Assembly (NCBI GenBank): GCA_002269645.1 | Contig: NIVC01000827.1 | Span: 62,001 to 126,000 of the forward strand | DNA: 64,000 bases | Origin: Macrostomum lignano | Taxonomy: Eukaryota | Reading direction: 5' to 3' | Shown here: piece after piece, positions 56,749 through 64,000 of the stretch | Layout of the letters: each line of letters starts with the position of its first letter | Numbering within the stretch: position 1 is the stretch's first letter | The notes under the pieces: generated by a model | The model's database searches: none | What the model saw: only the letters and a program-made list of their open reading frames with translations | What the model was told of the DNA's origin: nothing | Program-made: the position numbers and the translations under genes

Positions 56749-59700
56749 GTCTAGGGGATCGATCTGTGACGTTGGTGGTTCTTTTATTCTCCCATTTCGT
56801 CGATTAGCATCTACTAAAAATATTTAATATGTATTTTATTTATATCAATTGGTTTTAATTTTGTGTTTATTGACAATAATAAACATGCAATGTTTTTTAT
56901 ACTGAATGAAAATAGTTATTGTCGGATTTCCATCCTCCAATTATTTGTACTTTCTGTTTTGCAATTCAGCCTTGTACTTTTCAGTTAGCCGGCTCCCTTC
57001 GTCTGCCATGCTCTTCCCCACAGACAATCTCAATCGTTAATTCACCCTAGATTATACAACTAACCTGTTCATTCTGTTAGTATAAATACAAGTTAAACTG
57101 GCGGCTTAGGCCCTTCATCCTACTGCTTTTCTAACCCGCTAATCATTAATTTATTAGTTAATTGTCAATTCGACAGTTATATTTACTATTTTGAATTCTG
57201 TGGCTTCAGAGAGTCCAGGGGCGTGGAGCTAGTGCGGCTGCTGTTCCTATCGCCAGCAATTTGATTTCCGTAACATTGATAAACAGTAGTTCAAAATCGC
57301 TCTAAATTAAGTAGTTTTTCCCACTAAGGTCATCTTCGAGAAGCCATTCCATCCACTACAGCTGTTCGTTATACCTGTTTAGCATCAGCTATTTACCACT
57401 TCATGTACCGTTCGTATCTGTAACCTACAAATATTATACATAATCCGTAATCGAATAATCGGCTCCGTCAGTTATCGGTCATCACTAACTGTGTGTTCAA
57501 TCACTACTTGAATAGCAGCCCGTCAGCACGCGAATTCTCGGACCAGATATTCGTCATGCAGATCTTTTCGGGGAATTGGGAATTTCTCGGAATTCGAAAA
57601 TGTTCAACAAGACTACTATAAGGAGTAAGCTTAGAGAAACTCCTGGTAACGGGAGTGTTCGAGTGGCAAGACACTATCTAATTATAGGCTAAGATCAGTC
57701 CGTATAGGAGGGCTACGCGATGGACCATGCAGAGTTGCCTGGGAAACGGGGCGCACTAATGGGAAATTTCAATAGTTAACGTGGAATACTCGGCATAGGG
57801 GGTAGGGTGCCTAATAGGGAAAGAAAGGAAAAATAAGAAGGCAGCACGCTTAATAGGGGAAATAAGGCAAGAAACCTAATGGGTAAGTCAGGCAATATGC
57901 CTAATAAGGATATGAGAACAAGTAGGCAGGATATCTACTAGGCAGTAAGCCTAGTGGGTAAGGAGGCAAGACGCCTAATAATCGGAGGTTGGGGATCCAG
58001 GCAAAAGGTCACAAAGTATGTAGTGACCTAATTGTATTGACCTTTGCTAACTTTTTGTACCGTATTCAATATAAACATTGTTTCTAGAATGAAATACATG
58101 TAATATGAAGTAAATAGCACTTTCCATATTAGGCAATTTAAATCCGCGCACATGCTTCCCAAATTCTCGAATGTTCTGCAAAACAAGGCTAATACACACA
58201 AGGCACTCAGTCAAAAACCATTGCCAGTTTGCTCCTTTGCTCTCACTCACTCCATTAGCCGAACATCCTTAGAACCACCGCCTTTACGCCTTCATTTAGT
58301 TAAAACATTTTCGGTGTCGAATATAAATGGAATGGACGTGCAGAGAGGTACACATGTAGCAGAATTTTATTTCGTGTATATATACTACACTCTTCATTCG
58401 ACATGACGTTCCAATGTCAAATTCAAATGAATGCATATCTCAGGAAATGCGAACAAATTAAAAAAGAGATAATTAAAATAAATCAAAACACAGATTTAAC
58501 TCTGGATAATTCCATGATCTTTCTTGCCAAATTAATTTGCACAGTAAAAATTTTACTATCTTTTTACTTTTGGTGTATGCGCATGCATGGCCGTTTTTTC
58601 GTATGGCTATTCCAGCCTTGTGGCCGTTTCGTGGTTTGTGTTAATTTCTTTTCTTATTCCTTTAACAGTTAAGCACGTGCTCTGGTGCAGGCGGCTCCGT
58701 ACATTTTATCCTCTCTGCGCCCCTCTGCAGGGGTGAGTCGTCACTCGTCATTATAGTCGACGTCTATATATAAACGATATTTTTCTAGCGCTGACAATTT
58801 ATAAATTAAATGACTTCAATAAATGCCAAACATACTAATAAAATACACTACTACGTCCTTTGCTTTATCCCTCTAACGCCTGTGAATCAGCACTGATGAA
58901 GAACATGATATGACTGCAGCTAGCTTGAATTCTGATTCAAAATGATTGATTCATTGATCAACTACGGTACTCATGTTTGGCCATTCGGTCCACTGCAGCC
59001 CCCGCCTTCAGCGTAGCTGCTCATCTGAGCTCTCGCATTTTTTGGGAATCAAATAGTAAGAAATAAATTATCGGATGAGATTAGCTGAAAACTAAAAATG
59101 GTTTGTCGGTAGGTAAGTATCTATCGATCTACATGTATCAAGGTAGGTATGCGATCGAATTTAGCAAAATCAGAGCTGAAAGTCTGTCGATCCTCATCAC
59201 AAAAATGCTTATTAACAGATAGAGAGGACTCCGTATCGCAACAAAAACTTTGTTCAACGAAAACCGCGGTCTCGGTTTGCGCACGTGCGGTGCATAGTTT
59301 TTGTTGTTGACGGGAGTAGCGGGGTAATTTATACCGGTATATGCTCGAGATTTTATATCGTCGAAAGACCGGAATCTTTGTATTATTTGAAAGTGCTTGC
59401 GCAGTGACTTTTGTGTGCAGTTCTAACAATTCCGAACACCTGCGTTGCCAGCCTACGAACCCGGATGTAGCAGAGTCCTCAATTATTTTTTCTGTCATCC
59501 TCTTCCCTCAAGCCTCTAGTTCTCCCTGTCTGAACCCTTTAGTTAACGGACCTAATTGGGAATCCACGGCCTCTAAGTTTGCAAAGTAAATTCCCTAGCT
59601 TTCTCGACCCTCAACTATGAAAGCAACCAGAGCTAGCAACCTAAGGACTCTGGCAGACAGCCGGCAGGTAGGAGCTGAATTTACGTGCTGCTCTGCAATA

Positions 59701-60822
59701 CCGATCATCATCTCAAGCAGCTTGCGTTGGGTGGTGTTTATGGCACCATGATACGCACAAGATCAGCAAAAATATAATATGAGTCTTTCAACAAAATTCA
59801 GGTGCGGCCAGGCAGGAGAAACGACTGCCGGGACCTTCGTCCCAGACGCACTTTCTCATCCGTCAAGTGACGACACCGCGAGGCCGCAGCCTCTGGATGG
59901 AGCACGGCTTGTTGGAATAGATTTTCCCTGCTGTTTTTCGATCCTCTTTGGAGAACAATCTACGACGCTGGACATTCAAATCTTTTAAAATCTGTATTTG
60001 AGCCTTCAAGGGGTGTCGAGCCGACCGAAAGCTTCATTGCAAAAGTTTTTATATAGCACTGACCTCATTATTTCCCACTTGATGAGCCAACGCGTACATG
60101 CAAGTGAAAGTGAGTTTTATTTCACTGGCTATCAAACTCCTACGTGTATATTATAGATGAAGGATCTTCAAGACTAACCCCCAATTCAGCCTCGTTCGAA
60201 GAGTTTATTTTCCTTAAGACTTAAGGCTTAAGGCTTCCTTAAGGCTTAGGAGTAGAGTTGGTGATGCGTCATCAAGTTAATTTTAACCAGTGGATTTGCA
60301 GATTGCAGCTGCTAGCCTGTAAACTCTGTTTGAGATTACTATAAATGTAGTTCGTGTATCTCAAATGCACTCACAGCCTCCATGGCCGGACAAAAGTTAC
60401 CCTTTCCTTGAGAAGAATGAGACTGAGAAAATTACTCAACACATTCTACTGCATGTGGCCAGTCGAGAAAACACACCTTGGCAGCATAGCAACTCTCAAA
60501 CTCTTGGCGAGAGACAAGTTTACGTGATAATTGTTGGAGTGGCTAAATACAAACTTCGATACTTAATGAGAATGTGAAATGAGCGCAAACTGAAGCCATT
60601 GACAAAAATGTTTGCTCATGCTCTGCATAAGAGAGTCTGTTTATTTGCGCTCAGCACCAAAGCAAATGTGTGCTTGGCCAAGTCTGTTGATTTTCTGATG
60701 CAGGCAAGGAATTAATCGCTTCTTTTTTGTCCTGGAGTGCCAGGCTCGCGCGCGAATGCAGAAAAGCACGACAGAAACGTGATTGAGTTTACACACGAAA
60801 AACTGGACGAATCGCCTTGCCA

Positions 60823-60830
60823 TATAAATA
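60823..60830 (+). promoter_or_regulatory. TATA box of the peptide precursor gene
   Basis: TATAAATA about 90 bp upstream of cgccATG. Confidence 0.55.
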
Positions 60831-60914
60831 GGTGGCGTTCGGCCAAAATTGATCCAGAAAAAAAATTGTCACCAATCGCGAACTTGTCAAGAAACTCCGA
60901 CATCGACCTACGCC

Positions 60915-61169
60915 ATGAACAAAAGGCAGTTTGCTCTGGTTCTGCTTGCTGTCGCCTGCTTCGCTGCTACCCAGACCCTGGGCCGGCCGTCGCGGGAACC
61001 GGAACTCCTAGATGCCGACGATGCTGACACGTCCGTAGCGGACCAGCTGTTGAACGCTCTGGCTGAGACTGAGGACGGTTTGGATGCTGTTCCGAAAGAT
61101 CGAAAATGGTTCATCACTGGCAACAGCAGGGCTCCGACTCATTCAAACTACCGCTTTTACCACGGCTGA
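60915..61169 (+). CDS. 84-aa secreted prepropeptide (signal peptide, acidic pro-region, RK site, Gly-terminated mature peptide)
   Basis: MNKRQFALVLLAVACFAATQTLG (signal-like); D/E-rich spacer; DRK then WFITGNSRAPTHSNYRFYHG*. TATA box upstream, AATAAA at 61233. Confidence 0.8.
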   Translation: MNKRQFALVLLAVACFAATQTLGRPSREPELLDADDADTSVADQLLNALAETEDGLDAVPKDRKWFITGNSRAPTHSNYRFYHG

Positions 61170-62049
61170 GTGCTGCAGTTCAGAACTGATCTGCCGTATT
61201 CTTTAAAAATACTGACGATGAAAACGAAATATAATAAAATTTATTTATTTACACACACGATGTTATTTTGAGAAAATTTACGAATAAAATTTGCAAGCTC
61301 CTCCTCTTTACAGTACCATTGTGTCATGTCAGCTTTGAATGTTTACTTGATTATAAGCAAATTTTCCTATTTATTATTGGAGGTCACATTTTAGGCACAG
61401 ATTTGCGTCTAATCTGTTAAAATACTGTATTGTGCTTGCTAAGGCATTTACACGCTAACATGTATACTCTGCATCATGCGGGGGAATTAGCTGTGTTCCG
61501 AGAAACCGGTAGAAAGTCAGCTTGGAAGTTTGCTAGGCTGGCTCAGTGCCAGTAAGAAAGTTTTAAAAAACAAACTTCTGAGGCATCATTAACATCCGGT
61601 AAAAATGTAAGAATTTTGCCCTTTATAAGCGAAAAACTCTGGCGTCTTCAGGGTTCTTGCTTTACTTGGCTCGTATTTATCGCTGAAGTCGGTTCAGCGC
61701 TAGCAAGAGCTTAGCAGCTGGAACACTGTAGGAAGTGATGCCCCGAATTTCGTTAGCTTCCTTCCCAGGTGAGCCATTGATTCCTGCCTTTCTCTAAAGC
61801 CCCTGAAACTCACAGCTTTCTTTCCGTTTACAAAATGTTTGAAAAAGATTCTTGCCGGTAGAGCACAGACCTCTCTGCTGACTTCATCACGGATGTGCGG
61901 CAGAGCTGCCACAGGAAAGAGCCGATCCGCAGTTCCGGAATCCAGCTTCGGAACCTCGATGCTTCCTGGATAGCCGGCCCGGCTATTTAAAGCCTGAAGC
62001 TCAGTTGCCAATGCCGATAGCCTGGCCGATCAGAAACCAACAGCAAGCC

Positions 62050-62716
62050 ATGCTAGGACTGCTCACTGTGCTCAGCATCGCTGCGGCCGTCTGCGAGGCC
62101 CCCGAGCCACCGGGCTCGATCAGCTGGACGCAGAGCTTCGACAAACTCGAAGACTACGAGGTGGCTCGGACTGAACGAGTCGCGTCCGAAATCCAGTGCG
62201 TGACGCTGGCCAGCCGAGCGGCCTCGGCCCAGGTCGCCGCCTACGACGCCAAGACCGAGCTGTGCAGGACTTACCGCTGCCGAATGGGGCTGCCGCACTG
62301 CAGGAAGTGCCGGAATGTGCACAAAGGCAATCAGGCTGTTTGGGTGAGCACCAGGTTATGCGTCCTTCCAGGCGAAACTTTAATGCCTTACACTCGTCAT
62401 CACCAGCTTTCACAAGCAACAATTTACAGACCAACATAAACGATTTGTAAAGTTGTTTTTCTGCTCGACCTTCCCTTTCAATAGCTTGGATCGAATCGTC
62501 TTTTGGAAGGCCACTAAGTACGAGTAATGCATTTTCATAAAACTTCGATTCACTTCAGACGGCCAGCACCGACTGTTGGATTACAATCCAGCACCGGACC
62601 TCCAGCTCCACCAGCTTTAACGCTAGCTACGCCGCTTACAAGAGTGGCTTTGGTGAAGGCGAGAATGGAAACTTTTGGATCGGTGAGTTCCTTTGTTAAG
62701 ACTGTAGAATACATCG

Positions 62717-62755
<39 letters not shown>

Positions 62756-63264
62756 CGTGTGTCTGTCTGTCTGTCTATCTGTACGCACCCGTCTTTGAGG
62801 ACATGGCAAGTCATTCTCGCAATCGTCTTACCAAATGAATCACAGGCCTGAGAAATATTTTTGAGTTGACTTCAAGTCCGCAGCCACGGCAGCTGCTCAT
62901 CCTGATGAAGCTGTGGAACAACACTGAGAGCTGGGCGCGCTACTCCAGCTTCTACATTTATGATGAAGCCAACAAATTTAGAATGTTCGTTTCCGGTTTC
63001 TCCGGAAGCTCCGGTGTTGCTGATGACCTCGCTCAATTTGACAACAAAGACTTTTCCGCCAGAGACGGACCATCAGGAGATGGACAAAAAAACTGTGCCA
63101 AGTTCGCAGGCGGCGCTTGGTGGTTCGGAGGCTGCCCGGACGGCCACCTAAACGGAGCTTATCAGACATCATCTGCCGTGCCTGGCAAGGGCCAGGGCGT
63201 CATCTGGTCCCGGTCGTACGGCGCTGAGTACTCGCTGAAGGAGGTCGAGATGCTACTAATTTGA
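62050..63264 (+). CDS. Secreted PAN/apple-like + fibrinogen-related (FReD) protein; exons 62050-62343, 62559-62682, 62846-63264 (278 aa)
   Basis: Signal MLGLLTVLSIAAAVC. GT-AG introns keep the frame. Motifs WITIQHR, YKSGFG..NFWIGLRNIFELT, FSARDG, CAKFAGGAWWFGGC..HLNG, GVIW and YSLKEVEM. Confidence 0.85.
62721..62781. repeat. (TCTG)n microsatellite in FReD intron 2
   Basis: Directly visible. Confidence 0.95.
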
Positions 63265-63529
63265 ACTGGGACACTCAAAACTAACTTTTGATACCCTAAC
63301 TGAAAATGGTGGTCACTTCTCTGAGTACTAACAGTAGTACATTTCCATACCTAATCAAAATACACATAGAATCGAATAATTATCCTGAGTCTTGTGCCTC
63401 TGCAAGGACAAAGTACGAAATACAAGGCACTGCAAAAATCTATTGACTTCACATGATAAACTTATTTGGCTTTGAAAAAGTAAAACGGCCGCTGAACAGA
63501 GAAGTCGCGGTTATAAAGATTGTTGCGAT

Positions 63530-63788
63530 ATCGTGTTTGCTTGGTGTAGGCAGCGCCTAATAGCGTGTCAACCGCAGCATCGGGAAGGTGGTGAAGACTT
63601 CTGTTGCTGAAGGTCGGAACTGGAGAAAGGCCCTGGACGACTGGCTTCTGGCATTCCGCACAACGCCTCACCGAGCAACTGGGCGGACTCCGGCCAAGCT
63701 CCTCATGGGCAGGCCGATCAACGACGTAATCCCAGTCAGCAGACAGCCGAAGTCATCTGGTGTCGGCCAGGAAGCCGTGAAGGACTAG
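63530..63788 (+). pseudogene. LTR-retrotransposon integrase C-terminal fragment
   Basis: WRKALDDWLLAFRTTPHRATGRTPAKLLMGR. Confidence 0.75.
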
Positions 63789-64000
63789 AACCGGCGGTAC
63801 ACGCAGCAGATGAAGAGAGTGCGTTCGACAGGCGCACGGCCGCAAAGGAGCACCGCATCGTTCCCGCCATGAATGTCTTCGCAAGCAGCAGGCACGCAAA
63901 AAAACGCAGCTGCCATTCGAAACTCCGCCATATGGACGGTGCAGGAGGTTCGAGGCGATACCTGCATCCTTCGGCGAGGCCAGTAGTCTTGCATGCGGCA

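Noticed and set aside
59121-59498. THAP-like domain (VNKHFCDED)
   Set aside because: The N-terminal Cys pair and the conserved Pro/Trp pattern are missing.

Overview
Eukaryotic (probably invertebrate animal) DNA. About 57 kb is a nested stack of decayed mobile elements, followed by two apparently intact host genes near the right end. The mobile elements are: an intron-containing Helitron helicase, a 3.2-kb 23-bp minisatellite, fragments of several Polinton/Maverick (adintovirus-like) elements, a Tc1 remnant, a foldback/Mutator-type element, a fossil viral-type primase-helicase, Gypsy elements with an unknown third ORF, solo LTRs, and two divergent LINEs. The Polinton fragments cover pPolB, integrase, major and minor capsid, protease, PLA2 and a pX-like protein. 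The host genes are an 84-aa secreted, probably amidated peptide precursor and a three-exon PAN-like/fibrinogen-domain protein. Most notable observations: (1) both LINEs carry an AlkB-family 2OG-Fe(II) dioxygenase with a complete set of catalytic residues upstream of the gag-like ORF; (2) a 1.55-kb integrase-only LTR element has a 47-nt primer-binding site copied from mature tRNA-Ser, with one mismatch exactly opposite A58 and a stop at the anticodon loop; (3) a 3.7-kb capsid-only mini-Polinton has 0.72-kb TIRs and a 6-bp TSD; (4) three non-LTR 3' ends share a hairpin and land in the same short window of a Gypsy LTR. All calls come from manual reading and translation; no database search was run, and novelty is unverified.
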